NCBI GenBank assembly: GCA_021781955.1
Contig: JAJXVV010000001.1
Span: forward strand, 26,688-90,687
DNA: 64,000 nt
From: a bacterium
GTDB lineage: Bacteria; Patescibacteriota; Minisyncoccia; Phycocordibacterales; UBA2100
Direction: 5' to 3'
Part shown: positions 28,880 to 40,672 of the stretch, in pieces
How positions within the stretch are numbered: the stretch's first letter is position 1
Layout: each line of letters opens with the position of its first letter
Notes under the pieces: model-generated
The model's database searches: none
Told to the model about the DNA's origin: nothing
Seen by the model: only the letters and a program-made list of their open reading frames with translations
Position numbers and translations under genes: made by a program

Positions 28880-28883
<4 letters not shown>
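27645..28883 (-). CDS. pilC: type IV pilus assembly platform protein PilC (GspF family)
   Basis: Two T2SS-F repeats, 3 TM segments, 412 aa. Immediately downstream of pilB. Confidence 0.85.
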
Positions 28884-30673
<1,790 letters not shown>

Positions 30674-30779
30674 CCGGACTCCTCGGGAAAGAGGTTCGAC
30701 CCCTTCCGGCTCGGCGCCTTGCGCGTGCAGCGGGAGGAGATGTAACGAGACGCGGGTCGCCCAGCATGAGCGGCCCGCG

Positions 30780-30807
30780 TTGACTTTTTGTATCGTTCAA
30801 CTATAGT
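30780..30807 (+). promoter_or_regulatory. candidate sigma70-type promoter for nusA (TTGACT-16bp-TATAGT)
   Basis: Near-consensus -35 and -10 hexamers with 16-bp spacer about 35 bp upstream of the nusA start. The same region is the divergent upstream region of pilB. Confidence 0.45.
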
Positions 30808-30842
30808 ATCGACATTGGTTCCGGCACGCGCCGGAATTTTTA

Positions 30843-32204
30843 TTGAAACATAACAAGACCCCTATGGCACTATTCGACCTTAAAACGCTCAACTCTGCCC
30901 TCGATGAGCTCCAGGCGGAGCGCGGTATCTCGCGCGACTCCGTCGTGGAAGCGCTCGCGACCGCGCTCGCCGCGGCCTACCGTCGCGAGTACGGCAAGCG
31001 CGGCCAGATTATCCGTGCAACTTTCGACCCGCAAACCGGCGACCTTGAGTTCCGCCAAGCGAAGATCGTCGTGGACAACACGCTCGTGCGCGGCGAGGAG
31101 GAAGACCCGACGAGCACCGAGGATCACCGCTCCCGATTCAACCCCGAGCAGCACATCATGCTTGAGGACGCGCGCCGCATCAAACGCGACGCGCAGCTCG
31201 ACGAGGAGGTCTCCTTCCCGCTCGAGACGCACGAGGACTTCGGCCGCATCGCTGCCCAGGCCGCCAAACAGGTCATTATGCAGAAAATCCGCGAGGCGGA
31301 GCGCGCGAGCATCATCTCCGAGTACGGCGAGCGCGAAGGCGAGATCGTGACCGGCCACGTGCAGCGCTTCGAGCGCGGCAACCTCTTCGTCGATCTCGGC
31401 CGCGCAACCGCCATCCTTCCCTATGACGAACAGATACCCGGCGAGCGCTACCGCCAGGGCGAACGCGTGCGCGCGCTCCTCTTGCGCGTCGACGAGGGCG
31501 TGCGCGGCACATTTATCCGCCTCTCCCGCTCGCACCCGCACTTCCTCACGAAACTATTCGAGGCTGAGGTGCCGGAAATGGCGAGCGGCATCGTCAAGGT
31601 AAAAGGTATTGTCCGCGAACCCGGAAGCCGCGCCAAGATCGCCGTGCAATCGACCGACGACCACGTCGATCCGGTCGGCGCGCTGGTCGGTCAGCGTGGC
31701 GTGCGCGTCGCGGTCGTCACCTCCGAGCTCGGCGGCGAGAAGATCGATGTCGTCGAATGGAGCGAAGAGCCGTCCACGTTCGTCAAAGAGGCGCTCAAAC
31801 CCGCGCAGATCCTCGAGATAGAGCTCGATGAGGAGGGCGGCCGCGCGACGGTGACCGTCGCCGAGGACCAGCAGTCGCTCGCGATCGGCCGCGGCGGCCA
31901 GAACGTGCGTCTCGCTGCACGCCTGACCGGCTGGAAGATGGATATCCGCTCGACGGGCGGCTCGCAGGTAGAAGGCACCGAGGAAGGCGGCGTCACCATC
32001 GAGACGCAGCCGACCAACGTCGAGAACCTTTCGCAAGAGGAGGATGCGTTCGAAGAAACGAAAACCGCGCTCGGCGACGATTCCGAGGACGCGGGCGAGG
32101 AGAACCTCGATCCGCAAGCGCAAGATCGCGATGTCGCCGACGAGAAGGTTGAGGCGGAACAGGAGGGCGACCCCGGCGAGGATACGGAACAGGACGTCGC
32201 GTAA
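30843..32204 (+). CDS. nusA: transcription termination/antitermination factor NusA
   Basis: N-terminal domain, S1 and two KH domains, acidic C-terminal tail. True start may be the Met at 30864 (MALFDL…). Confidence 0.9.
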   Translation: MKHNKTPMALFDLKTLNSALDELQAERGISRDSVVEALATALAAAYRREYGKRGQIIRATFDPQTGDLEFRQAKIVVDNTLVRGEEEDPTSTEDHRSRFNPEQHIMLEDARRIKRDAQLDEEVSFPLETHEDFGRIAAQAAKQVIMQKIREAERASIISEYGEREGEIVTGHVQRFERGNLFVDLGRATAILPYDEQIPGERYRQGERVRALLLRVDEGVRGTFIRLSRSHPHFLTKLFEAEVPEMASGIVKVKGIVREPGSRAKIAVQSTDDHVDPVGALVGQRGVRVAVVTSELGGEKIDVVEWSEEPSTFVKEALKPAQILEIELDEEGGRATVTVAEDQQSLAIGRGGQNVRLAARLTGWKMDIRSTGGSQVEGTEEGGVTIETQPTNVENLSQEEDAFEETKTALGDDSEDAGEENLDPQAQDRDVADEKVEAEQEGDPGEDTEQDVA

Positions 32205-32231
32205 CTCTTGCGCCCATTCACAAAAAAAATC

Positions 32232-32262
32232 GCGGCGGCGCCCCAGGGGCGCCGCCGCTTGT
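32232..32262 (+). terminator. rho-independent terminator after nusA
   Basis: GCGGCGGCGCCCC AGGG GCGCCGCCGC followed by TTGTTT. Confidence 0.6.
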
Positions 32263-32283
32263 TTCGTTCTCAGTCCGCTCGCG

Positions 32284-33312
32284 CTAAACGGGCCAAAGAA
32301 GATCATGCAGATCGCGGACCATCGCCTTCGCGGTCACGACGGGCCCGGCACCCGGACCCGTGAGCGCGTAGCCGGTATCCTCACCGTACGGGTCGTAGAT
32401 GTTGAACCCATTGTTGACCCCGTCGACCTGGCGCAGCCAGTCGAACCATGGAGTCTCGGACCCGACATCGACGAATCCGCCCTTGATGGTCCATCGACCG
32501 GCTTGCGCTTCTATCGATCCTGGCGCGAACCCGCCGAACTCATTGGCGTGAGGTATCGACGAGAAACGAAGGATGAACCGGTATCGAGCGTTCCTTCCGG
32601 TAAGATGCATGAGGTCGTCGTGGGTGATCGTAACCACGCGGAAATCGTCGGGGGTGGACGTCTCTTCAGACGCTTCCCGAAGCGCCACGTTGTAGATGAT
32701 GGCCGCCTTCATGACAACATCCTCCAACTCGCCGTTTATGATGCCGATCATGTCGTCGCTGCCGGGCTCGGCATAGCCGAGCCGCTGAGCTTCGCGTACC
32801 GCAGCTGCGATAGAACCGCCCTGCTGGATCCTGCTCCAAATGCTGTTGAGCGTGCCGTTTACGATCGCATCGACGATAACGTTCTCAGGGCGGAGCTTCC
32901 GCCGACGCAGCACCTCGAGCATATCGGTGCCGCCGCCGACAGTGGCGCGCCGCCCGACCGGTTGACCGAGCGCGAGCACATCCTTGCAGCGGAAGGCGTG
33001 CGCAGCCTTCGCGCTCGTGACTAGATGCTTGCCGTCCTTGGCGAAAGCCTGCATGTAAGCGAGCTCGTCGGCACCCTTATTCGCGTTCGGGATGGCCAGC
33101 ATGACCGCTTCCGCCGATCCGGCGTATGGCGCGACTGCATTCAGCATATCGCTCGCGGAGCCGAACGCGGGAACGACGCTCACGTGCCCAGCGCCTCCGG
33201 TCATCAGCGAGCTTCTCGCGACCTGTGCGACCACCTCGTGCCCGTGGCTGCGGAGCTGCACCCTCAACTCACCGCCGACATTGCCGGCGCCAATGATAAG
33301 CACCTTCGCCAT
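32284..33312 (-). CDS. hom: homoserine dehydrogenase-like protein
   Basis: N-terminal MAKVLIIGAGNVGGEL NAD-binding motif and LGYAEPGSDDMIGIINGELEDVVMKAAII matching the HSDH catalytic-domain signature. Confidence 0.7.
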   Translation of the reverse strand: MAKVLIIGAGNVGGELRVQLRSHGHEVVAQVARSSLMTGGAGHVSVVPAFGSASDMLNAVAPYAGSAEAVMLAIPNANKGADELAYMQAFAKDGKHLVTSAKAAHAFRCKDVLALGQPVGRRATVGGGTDMLEVLRRRKLRPENVIVDAIVNGTLNSIWSRIQQGGSIAAAVREAQRLGYAEPGSDDMIGIINGELEDVVMKAAIIYNVALREASEETSTPDDFRVVTITHDDLMHLTGRNARYRFILRFSSIPHANEFGGFAPGSIEAQAGRWTIKGGFVDVGSETPWFDWLRQVDGVNNGFNIYDPYGEDTGYALTGPGAGPVVTAKAMVRDLHDLLWPV

Positions 33313-33445
33313 TACCGCTTCCTTTCTTTGACTGAGTTCGTACGCTATGCATCCTGCGAAAAGCAGGCTGTCTGCCAACCTACTCCGCCGCCATATGCTC
33401 GTCAATGTTTTACAAACCGCTTGCGTTTGCTACACTTTTCTCACT

Positions 33446-34030
33446 ATGGCCAACATCGATCACAAACCATCGCGCTACATGCTCAACCTTCTCCACGCGT
33501 TGCCGGCTATCGCTGACGAAGAAAACAACGTCATCAACGTCATCGTCGAGGTCTCCTCCGGCTCCATCAACAAGTACGAACTCATCACCGAGTCGGGACA
33601 GCTCAAGCTCGACCGCGTCGGCTACTCCTCGATGGCCTACCCCTTCACCTACGGCGCCATCCCGCAGACCTGGGACCTCGACAACGACCCGCTCGACATC
33701 GAGATCATGGGCGTCACGGAACCGCTCATAGCCGGGTCGCTCGCGGAGGTGCGGGTCATCGGCGGCATGACGTTCACCGACGCGGGTGAAGTGGACGACA
33801 AGATCGTTGGCGTGCTCGCGAGCGACAAGCGCGTCGATCACATCATGCACATCGACGATCTCGGCCCGCATTTCAAAAAGGAGACGAAGCACTTCTGGGA
33901 AACCTACAAAGCGCTCAAGAAGCCGGGTACTGGAGTCGTCGGCGAATTTCTCGACGTCCCAGGCGCCCTCAAGATCATCCGCGAGAGCATGGAGCGGTAC
34001 GAGAAGGACTACCGTCCCAAGCTCGATTGA
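33446..34030 (+). CDS. ppa: family I inorganic pyrophosphatase
   Basis: …NVIVEVSSGSINKYE… DNDPLDIEIMG… matches soluble PPase active-site motifs. Start at internal Met. Confidence 0.88.
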   Translation: MANIDHKPSRYMLNLLHALPAIADEENNVINVIVEVSSGSINKYELITESGQLKLDRVGYSSMAYPFTYGAIPQTWDLDNDPLDIEIMGVTEPLIAGSLAEVRVIGGMTFTDAGEVDDKIVGVLASDKRVDHIMHIDDLGPHFKKETKHFWETYKALKKPGTGVVGEFLDVPGALKIIRESMERYEKDYRPKLD

Positions 34031-34070
34031 CCCCGGGCGAACCGCCGATACGGGTTCGAGTTGTCCACGC

Positions 34071-34394
34071 ATGCGACGCGGCCGCCGTATGCGGCCACTC
34101 GCTATACTGTGGGGTATGCTCATCGCGCCGACGCCTAATCCGGAAGAGGATCGCCTGCTCTTCTCCGATCTCGCGGATGAGGATCGCGAGTCGCCCGTGC
34201 AACACTCCTCAACGAGCGCGCTCATCGGCGTGTTCATCATCATCATTCTGCTCATCGTTGGCGCGCTCTACTTCTGGAAAGCCGAGATCAACGCGCAAAA
34301 AGCGCGACGCGCGCAAGCAGCCGCCATCGCGGCTCTCAACAACTCAACAACGACCCTCGTCATCTCCACAACCTCGACGACGAACGCGCGGTAA
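34071..34394 (+). CDS. hypothetical small membrane protein
   Basis: About 107 aa with one TM helix (ALIGVFIIIILLIVGALYFW). No recognisable family. Confidence 0.3.
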   Translation: MRRGRRMRPLAILWGMLIAPTPNPEEDRLLFSDLADEDRESPVQHSSTSALIGVFIIIILLIVGALYFWKAEINAQKARRAQAAAIAALNNSTTTLVISTTSTTNAR

Positions 34395-34408
34395 GGTAGA
34401 CTCGCGCG

Positions 34409-35479
34409 ATGAGCCATCAACTACAGAACGTGCGGGTGGAGCGCGATGACACTGCGTGGGAAGCGGTCGTCGACGCCGATATCCCCGCCGACGTGCTCGC
34501 GACCCACCGCGACGCGGCGCTCAAAGAAATGCAGCGCGAGGCCTCGCTCGACGGTTTCCGTCCTGGCAAAGCTCCCCTCGAGCGCATTATCCAGATCTAC
34601 GGCGAGCAGGCCGTGCTTCGCCACGCGGCACAACATGCGATCGAGCACGAACTCCCCGAGCTCTTGGCCGCCGAAAAGCAGCTCATCGTGGAAGCGCCGC
34701 GCGTCGAGACCGCCACGCCTGAGAGCGGCAAAGCGCTGCATTTCACAGCGCGCGCGGCGCTTTCGCCCGAGATCAAGCTCGGCGACTACAAGAAGCTGGC
34801 AAAAAAGGTGAACGGCAAGAAAGAAGAGGCGGTCGTTTCCGACACCGAGCACGCCGAAGCGCTCACGCATCTGAAACGCGAACGCGCCCGCATCGACAAA
34901 CTCGAGTCCGGCGTCGAGCCGCAGAAGGCCGCCGAAGAAGCTCGCGCGCTCGCCGAGGCCGACCTCCCCGCGCTCGACGACCTGTTCGTTCAGTCGCTCG
35001 GCTACGAGAGCGTCGAGAAGTTCTCCGAGGCAGTCCGCATCAACATCAAGAACGAAAAAGAGCTCCAGGCGCAAGAGAAACGACGCGCCGAGATACTCGA
35101 TGAGCTCGTACATGCTTCGACGGTACGCTACCCGCGCTCACTCCTCTCCTACGAACTCGACGAGATGGAAGGCCAGATGCGCGACGACATTTCCCGTATG
35201 AGCACCACATTCGAGAACTATCTCGCGCAGATGAAGAAGACGCGTGAGGAGGTGCGCAAGGAATGGGAGCCGGCAGCTGACAAACGTGCAAAAGTACGCC
35301 TTATCTTAGGGCAGATCGCGCGCGAAGAGAAGATCGAGCCGAGGCCGGAAGAACTCGCGCACGAGCTTGAGCACGCCAAGAAACACTACCCGCAGGTGTC
35401 CGAAGAGAATCTCCGCGCGCACCTCTCGCACGCGATGAGGAACGGCGCGACCGTGCAGTTCCTCGAGTCCATCCAATAG
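34409..35479 (+). CDS. tig: trigger factor (short form lacking PPIase domain)
   Basis: N-terminal GFRPGKAP ribosome-binding signature. 356 aa with no FKBP-like middle domain. Followed by clpP, as in the canonical tig-clpP arrangement. Confidence 0.8.
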   Translation: MSHQLQNVRVERDDTAWEAVVDADIPADVLATHRDAALKEMQREASLDGFRPGKAPLERIIQIYGEQAVLRHAAQHAIEHELPELLAAEKQLIVEAPRVETATPESGKALHFTARAALSPEIKLGDYKKLAKKVNGKKEEAVVSDTEHAEALTHLKRERARIDKLESGVEPQKAAEEARALAEADLPALDDLFVQSLGYESVEKFSEAVRINIKNEKELQAQEKRRAEILDELVHASTVRYPRSLLSYELDEMEGQMRDDISRMSTTFENYLAQMKKTREEVRKEWEPAADKRAKVRLILGQIAREEKIEPRPEELAHELEHAKKHYPQVSEENLRAHLSHAMRNGATVQFLESIQ

Positions 35480-35531
35480 AAAAAGCGGCGCCGAGGGCGC
35501 CGCTCCACAGATTCACTCGCCGTTTCCACGC

Positions 35532-35984
35532 TCAAGTCTTCTCAAAAACGTAGAACAGCGGCGCACCGGCCGTATGCGCGATGCACGAGGACGAGGCGGC
35601 CTCCTTGTAGATCAAGGAGGAATTGCGGCCCGGTTGTCGCGCGACGCGCATCGAGCCGACGAGCTTCAAGCGTGCCGACCGCAGCGCCGCATCCGCGCTC
35701 GTACGATCGGTCAGCAGACGGCCGCCCCGCGCGAGATGCCTCTCCAGATCATGGCTCACCGGAGAGTCGTGGCACACGATCAGGTCGCAAAGAATGCGGC
35801 CGGACACCACATCTTCGGCTGGATCATGCTCCATGACCAATGATCTCGAGCGAACCGCCTCCGGCACGGCGCCTTTCCGACCGCGTCCTGCGATCACAAG
35901 AACGACCTCCGGATACCCGTACTCTTTGACGTACCGCTCGATCGCGGCTTCTGGAAGATCGACGAGAACCGACATTTCACTCAT
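35532..35984 (-). CDS. hypothetical protein
   Basis: 150-aa ORF between tig and clpP on the opposite strand. No recognisable domain. Confidence 0.3.
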   Translation of the reverse strand: MSEMSVLVDLPEAAIERYVKEYGYPEVVLVIAGRGRKGAVPEAVRSRSLVMEHDPAEDVVSGRILCDLIVCHDSPVSHDLERHLARGGRLLTDRTSADAALRSARLKLVGSMRVARQPGRNSSLIYKEAASSSCIAHTAGAPLFYVFEKT

Positions 35985-36162
35985 CCCATTTCGTTGCGAC
36001 TATTGCCACCCTACCAGAACGTCCCGTTCCCGCAAAGGAATCGACCGCCTCCTCGCGCGGCCGCAGCAAACGAGCACTCAGCATCTCCCACGCGACGCGC
36101 CGTATAGAGATCAAGATCGAATGATTTGCGCGCATTTGCTGATTTATGTACACTCTCGGGAT

Positions 36163-36756
36163 ATGAACACTCCCAAATCACAAATGTTGGTGCCGATGGT
36201 GGTCGAGAAAAGCTCTCTCGGAGAGCGTGCGTACGACATTTACTCGCGGTTGCTCAAGGAGCGCATCGTCTTCCTCGGCGGCCCGATCGATGGCGACGTG
36301 GCCAACCTGGTCATCGCCCAGTTCCTCTTCCTCGCCTCGGAGGACCCGAAAAAGGATATCTCCTTCTATATCAACAGCCCCGGCGGCCACGTCTCGGCCG
36401 GGCTCGCGATACTCGATACCATGAACCACATCCAGCCCCCTGTCTCCACCGTCTGCGTGGGCATGGCGGCCTCGATGGGAGCGGTGCTGCTTAGCGCGGG
36501 CGAAAAGGGCAAGCGTTATGCGCTCCCCAATGCGGAAATAATGATCCACCAGCCCTCCGGCGGCGCCGAGGGCATGGCGGCCGACATCGAGATAACGGCC
36601 AGACACATCCTGCGCCTGCGCGAGCGGCTCAACAAGATACTGGCAAAGAACACCGGCCAGAAACTCGACAAGATAGAGAAGGACGTCGATCGCGACTACT
36701 TCATGGACGCCGAAGAGGCGCTTAAGTACGGCCTCGTCGACAAAGTACTCAAGTAA
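36163..36756 (+). CDS. clpP: ATP-dependent Clp protease proteolytic subunit
   Basis: …[18 protein letters not shown]… catalytic Ser/His/Asp context. Start at the internal Met of the extended ORF. A terminator-like hairpin lies at 36762-36793. Confidence 0.95.
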   Translation: MNTPKSQMLVPMVVEKSSLGERAYDIYSRLLKERIVFLGGPIDGDVANLVIAQFLFLASEDPKKDISFYINSPGGHVSAGLAILDTMNHIQPPVSTVCVGMAASMGAVLLSAGEKGKRYALPNAEIMIHQPSGGAEGMAADIEITARHILRLRERLNKILAKNTGQKLDKIEKDVDRDYFMDAEEALKYGLVDKVLK

Positions 36757-36964
36757 CACGCGGGCTGCGGCACGAACGTGCCGCAGCCCGCCTCATTTTC
36801 ACTTCACCATATCGTGTGGTACAGTAGCTAGGTACCCAACAATTATGAACTTCAAACGTATGCTTTCCCGTGAGTCGCTCCAGCATGTGGGTCTAAAATC
36901 CAAGGCTAAGACGCTTGCTTTTTTGATGCGCATCTAACGCTCACGCGGAGGGCAACCTTCGCGT

Positions 36965-38494
36965 ATGTCACTCAAATTAATATTACTGCTCCTCGGCCTC
37001 TCGGGCGGTGTCGGTATCGCTATCGGCTATTTTTTGCGTATGCTCGTCCTCTTGGGCAAGCGCGGCTCGATGGAACTCCAGATCCGCAAGATGATGCTCG
37101 ACGCCGAAGAGAAGGCCAAAGCCATCACGCAAGAGGCCGAACAGAAAGCAAAGGAGCGCGGCACTGAGCTTGAGCGCGAGTTCAAGTCCCGCATCGCCGA
37201 CCTCAAGGCAACCGAGGATCGCCTTGTCCGCAAGGAGGAGATGCTCGACAAGCGCCAGGTCAACATCGACTCCGAGGTGAGTGGGATCGAGAAACGCAGC
37301 GCCGAAGTGCAGGCCACCAAAGAGAGGGCCGAATCGCTCGTCATCGAGCAGCAACAGAAACTCGAGAAGGTCGCGGGCCTCACGGCTGAGGAAGCTAAGC
37401 GCGACCTCATCGCCTCCGTCGAGAAACAGAACGAAGAATCGATCGAGAGCCGCATGCGCAAACTGGAGATTTCTGGCAATGAGCGTCTCGAGGCGCGCGC
37501 CAAGGAGATCCTCACGACAGCCGTGCACCGCCTGGGCAATTCGGTCGTCTCCGATGTTCTCGCCACCACCATTTCCCTGCCGAACGACGAGATCAAGGGC
37601 AAGATCATCGGCAAGGAAGGCCGCAATATCCGCGCCTTCGAGCGCGCGACCGGCGTCGACGTCATCGTCGACGATACGCCAGGCACCATCACCCTCTCGA
37701 GCTACGACCCGATACGCCGTCAGATCGCGCGCATCGCGCTCGAAAATCTCATAATCGACGGCCGCATCCAGCCCGCCAAGGTTGAGGAATCGGTGCAGAA
37801 GGCCGAGGCCGAGATAAACACCATCATCAAGAAGAAGGGCGCGGAAGCCGCCTACAACGCCAAGGTCCAGAACATGGACCCGAAGCTCCTCATGATCTTG
37901 GGCCGCCTCTACTTCCGCACGAGCTACGGACAGAACGTGCTCGACCACTCGGTCGAGGTCGCCAATCTCGCCGGCATGCTCGCCGAGGAACTCGGCGCTG
38001 ATACGGCCGTTGCCCGCGCCGGTGCGCTCTTCCATGACATCGGCAAAGCCGTCGACCATGAAGTTCCCGGTACACACGTGGAAATCGGTCGTCGTATCCT
38101 GCAGAAGTTCAACGTGGACGAGGCCGTCATCAAGGCCATGCAAGCGCACCATGAAGAGTACCCGTACGAAACGCCGGAGAGCATGATCGTGCAAGTGGCC
38201 GATGCCATTTCCGGCGCGCGCCCCGGCGCTCGTCGCGACTCCGTCGAGCAGTACATCAAGCGCCTGGAAGACCTAGAGGCCATCGCCAACAAGGAGCAGG
38301 GCGTGGAGAAGAGCTACGCCATCGCGGCAGGCCGCGAACTGCGCGTTATCGTCAAACCGGAGAACATCACCGACCTCGACGCCCGTAAGCTTGCCCGCGA
38401 CATCGCTGACAAGATAGAGAAAGAACTCCAGTACCCGGGCGAGATCAAGGTATCCGTCATTCGAGAAACGAGGGTCATCGAATACGCTCGCTAG
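36965..38494 (+). CDS. rny: ribonuclease Y
   Basis: N-terminal TM helix, coiled-coil, KH domain (GKIIGKEGRNIRAFE) and HD domain (…FHDIGKA…). Confidence 0.9.
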   Translation: MSLKLILLLLGLSGGVGIAIGYFLRMLVLLGKRGSMELQIRKMMLDAEEKAKAITQEAEQKAKERGTELEREFKSRIADLKATEDRLVRKEEMLDKRQVNIDSEVSGIEKRSAEVQATKERAESLVIEQQQKLEKVAGLTAEEAKRDLIASVEKQNEESIESRMRKLEISGNERLEARAKEILTTAVHRLGNSVVSDVLATTISLPNDEIKGKIIGKEGRNIRAFERATGVDVIVDDTPGTITLSSYDPIRRQIARIALENLIIDGRIQPAKVEESVQKAEAEINTIIKKKGAEAAYNAKVQNMDPKLLMILGRLYFRTSYGQNVLDHSVEVANLAGMLAEELGADTAVARAGALFHDIGKAVDHEVPGTHVEIGRRILQKFNVDEAVIKAMQAHHEEYPYETPESMIVQVADAISGARPGARRDSVEQYIKRLEDLEAIANKEQGVEKSYAIAAGRELRVIVKPENITDLDARKLARDIADKIEKELQYPGEIKVSVIRETRVIEYAR

Positions 38495-38652
38495 AACTCA
38501 GCCATAAAACACCTGTGGATATCAGGATATTGTCAATTGACAGCCGGAAAATACGGCTCAAAATGGTCATGTAGTGGCTTGCCTGCCGCTTAAGGCAATG
38601 GTCGGGGCCAGCATAGTACGTGTGCGCATTATTTATCGTAACTATCAATATC

Positions 38653-38928
38653 ATGGCAAATAAAATGGATCTGGTGGAGAAGGTGGCGGCAACCGTCGGC
38701 TCGACCAAGGCCGACGCGGAGCGCGCGGTCGAGGCGATCATCGACACCATCACCGATTGTCTCAAGAAAGGCGAGGAGGTCTCGATCGCGGGCTTGGGCA
38801 TCTTCCAGGCGAAGACCCGCGCCGGCCGCATGGGCAGGAACCCCCGCACGGGCGCGACCATTCAGATCAAGGCGATGAAAGTGCCGAAGTTCCGCGCTTC
38901 CAAGACCTTGAAGGACGCGATTAAGTAG
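38653..38928 (+). CDS. hup: DNA-binding protein HU
   Basis: MANKMDLVEKVAA… GFGIFQ…R.GRNP.TG signature. Confidence 0.9.
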   Translation: MANKMDLVEKVAATVGSTKADAERAVEAIIDTITDCLKKGEEVSIAGLGIFQAKTRAGRMGRNPRTGATIQIKAMKVPKFRASKTLKDAIK

Positions 38929-38940
38929 TTTTCTTGCAAA

Positions 38941-38975
38941 ACCGCCCCCAAAGAGTGGGGGCGGTTTTGTTTTGT
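38941..38975 (+). terminator. rho-independent terminator after hup
   Basis: CCGCCCCCA AAGAG TGGGGGCGG followed by TTTTGTTTTG. Confidence 0.7.
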
Positions 38976-39040
38976 CTGGTAGAGTCCATTAGCTATACCG
39001 CGCCCCGCGAGCGATGCGTTATCCATCGCTCGGACCTCGT

Positions 39041-39111
39041 TGCGGGATGCGGGAATCGAACCCGCGACCTCAGTTTGGAAAACTGATGTTTTACCATTAA
39101 ACTAATCCCGC
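39041..39111 (-). tRNA. tRNA-Gly (anticodon TCC)
   Basis: Hand-folded GCGGGAT..GTTTAATGGTAAAAC..TCAGT-TTTCCAA-ACTGA..GCGGGTTCGATTCCCGC-ATCCCGC-A. All four stems pair. Confidence 0.85.
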
Positions 39112-39178
39112 TTTTTGGGCAACTCCGAAAGAATACTCCGTTTTTTGCGAAAGAGGAATAGACGCGTATAGTTTCTCG

Positions 39179-40375
39179 ATGACCAAGCAGCAGCGAGTCT
39201 TCCTGCTCGTTTTCATTGCACTTGTGGCGTTGGGCGCCGCCGTTTCGTACGACCTGCCATCCTCCTCGCAGCCTGCGGTCCCAGCGCCGATCGCCGCAAC
39301 TCCCGCCACGCAGATCGCCGCCGCCGCCGAACCATCTCCGCCATCGCTCGCGACCTTAGCGACATCAAGCGCAGTCGCTTCGTCGCCCATTTCCGCGAAG
39401 CGGTCCGATAGAAAGGAAAAGGCCAATATCCGACCTGGAACGACCGCTCGGGCTGCCGCATCGGCCGGCATCGCGTCATCGTCTTCGCAAGTCGCCCGCC
39501 TTGAGAGCCCCTATTCCGCGCCCCGCGCCTCCATAAGCGACCTCAATACCGATGCCCGCGCCGCGCTCGTCAACATCCTCTGCATGCCGCGCGGCGGCGG
39601 TTCGTTCTCCCCCATTTCCGGTTCCGGCGTCATCATTGATCCGCGCGGCATCGTCCTCACAAACGCGCACGTCGCGCAATATGTCCTCCTCTCGCAAAGC
39701 CCGAAAGTGGACCTCCAGTGCGCCATCCGTGCCGGCGCACCGGCGCACGCCCTCTGGAGCGCCGAGGTACTCTATATACCACCCGTGTGGGTACAAACGC
39801 ACGTAGGCGAGATAAACGCGCAGCACCCGCAAGGCACCGGAGAGCACGACTACGGACTGCTCTATATCACGGGTTCGCTTTCGGGCGGATCGCTCCCTGC
39901 GCCATTCCCCTTCCTGCAACCCGACACGCGTGAAGGCATTGCGTTCCAGGGAGACCAGGTACTGGTGGCGAGCTACCCGGCCGAATTCCTTGGCGGCATG
40001 GCGGCAGAGAACGATCTCTACCCCGCATCTTCAGTGACCACGATAGGAAGACTGCTCACATTCTCTTCAAGCTCGATCGATGTTCTCTCGTTGGGCGGCA
40101 TCATCGAGGCACAGAGCGGTTCTTCGGGCGGCGCGGTCGTCAACGCATGGGACCGGCTCGTGGGACTCATCGTGACGACAAGCGAAGGTGCCACGACTGC
40201 AGCCCGCGACCTCCACGCGCTCTCGCTTTCGTACATTAGTCGTGATCTCGCTGCGCAGAGCGGCTACGATCTCCCCGAATGGCTTCAAACTGACCCTGCT
40301 TCTACCGCAAAGAATTTCAACGCGATGGTCGCACCAGGCCTTTTGAAGCTCTACATCGCGCAGCTTTCCTACTAA
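39179..40375 (+). CDS. secreted trypsin-like (S1 family) serine protease
   Basis: Signal/TM N-terminus, Ala/Ser-rich linker, then VLTNAHV (His) … GSSGGAVV (Ser) motifs of chymotrypsin-fold proteases. Confidence 0.75.
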   Translation: MTKQQRVFLLVFIALVALGAAVSYDLPSSSQPAVPAPIAATPATQIAAAAEPSPPSLATLATSSAVASSPISAKRSDRKEKANIRPGTTARAAASAGIASSSSQVARLESPYSAPRASISDLNTDARAALVNILCMPRGGGSFSPISGSGVIIDPRGIVLTNAHVAQYVLLSQSPKVDLQCAIRAGAPAHALWSAEVLYIPPVWVQTHVGEINAQHPQGTGEHDYGLLYITGSLSGGSLPAPFPFLQPDTREGIAFQGDQVLVASYPAEFLGGMAAENDLYPASSVTTIGRLLTFSSSSIDVLSLGGIIEAQSGSSGGAVVNAWDRLVGLIVTTSEGATTAARDLHALSLSYISRDLAAQSGYDLPEWLQTDPASTAKNFNAMVAPGLLKLYIAQLSY

Positions 40376-40391
40376 CCTCTTACGATCCCCA

Positions 40392-40462
40392 TCGGGCCGC
40401 CCAGAATCGAACTGGGACTACGTGCTCCCAAAGCACGCGTACTACCACTATACGACGGCCCG
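40392..40462 (-). tRNA. tRNA-Pro (anticodon TGG)
   Basis: Hand-folded CGGGCCG..GTAT-AGTGGTA-GTAC..CGTGC-TTTGGGA-GCACG..CCCAGTTCGATTCTGGG-CGGCCCG-A. Confidence 0.85.
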
Positions 40463-40672
40463 TAAGCACTAATCTAGCACACGAGCGCGCGCCCGGCTTT
40501 CGCGGGGCGCGCCAAAGAACAAACGGATCGACTTTCGGAATAATCATCAAAATAGCCATGTGTCGTCGAATCCGGCACATAAAAATCCTACCGCATTGTT
40601 TATAGCCGATATGTAATTATAACAATGCTATATGTGTCGGATTAGCCGACACTTCCTAAATAACGTGGTAAT

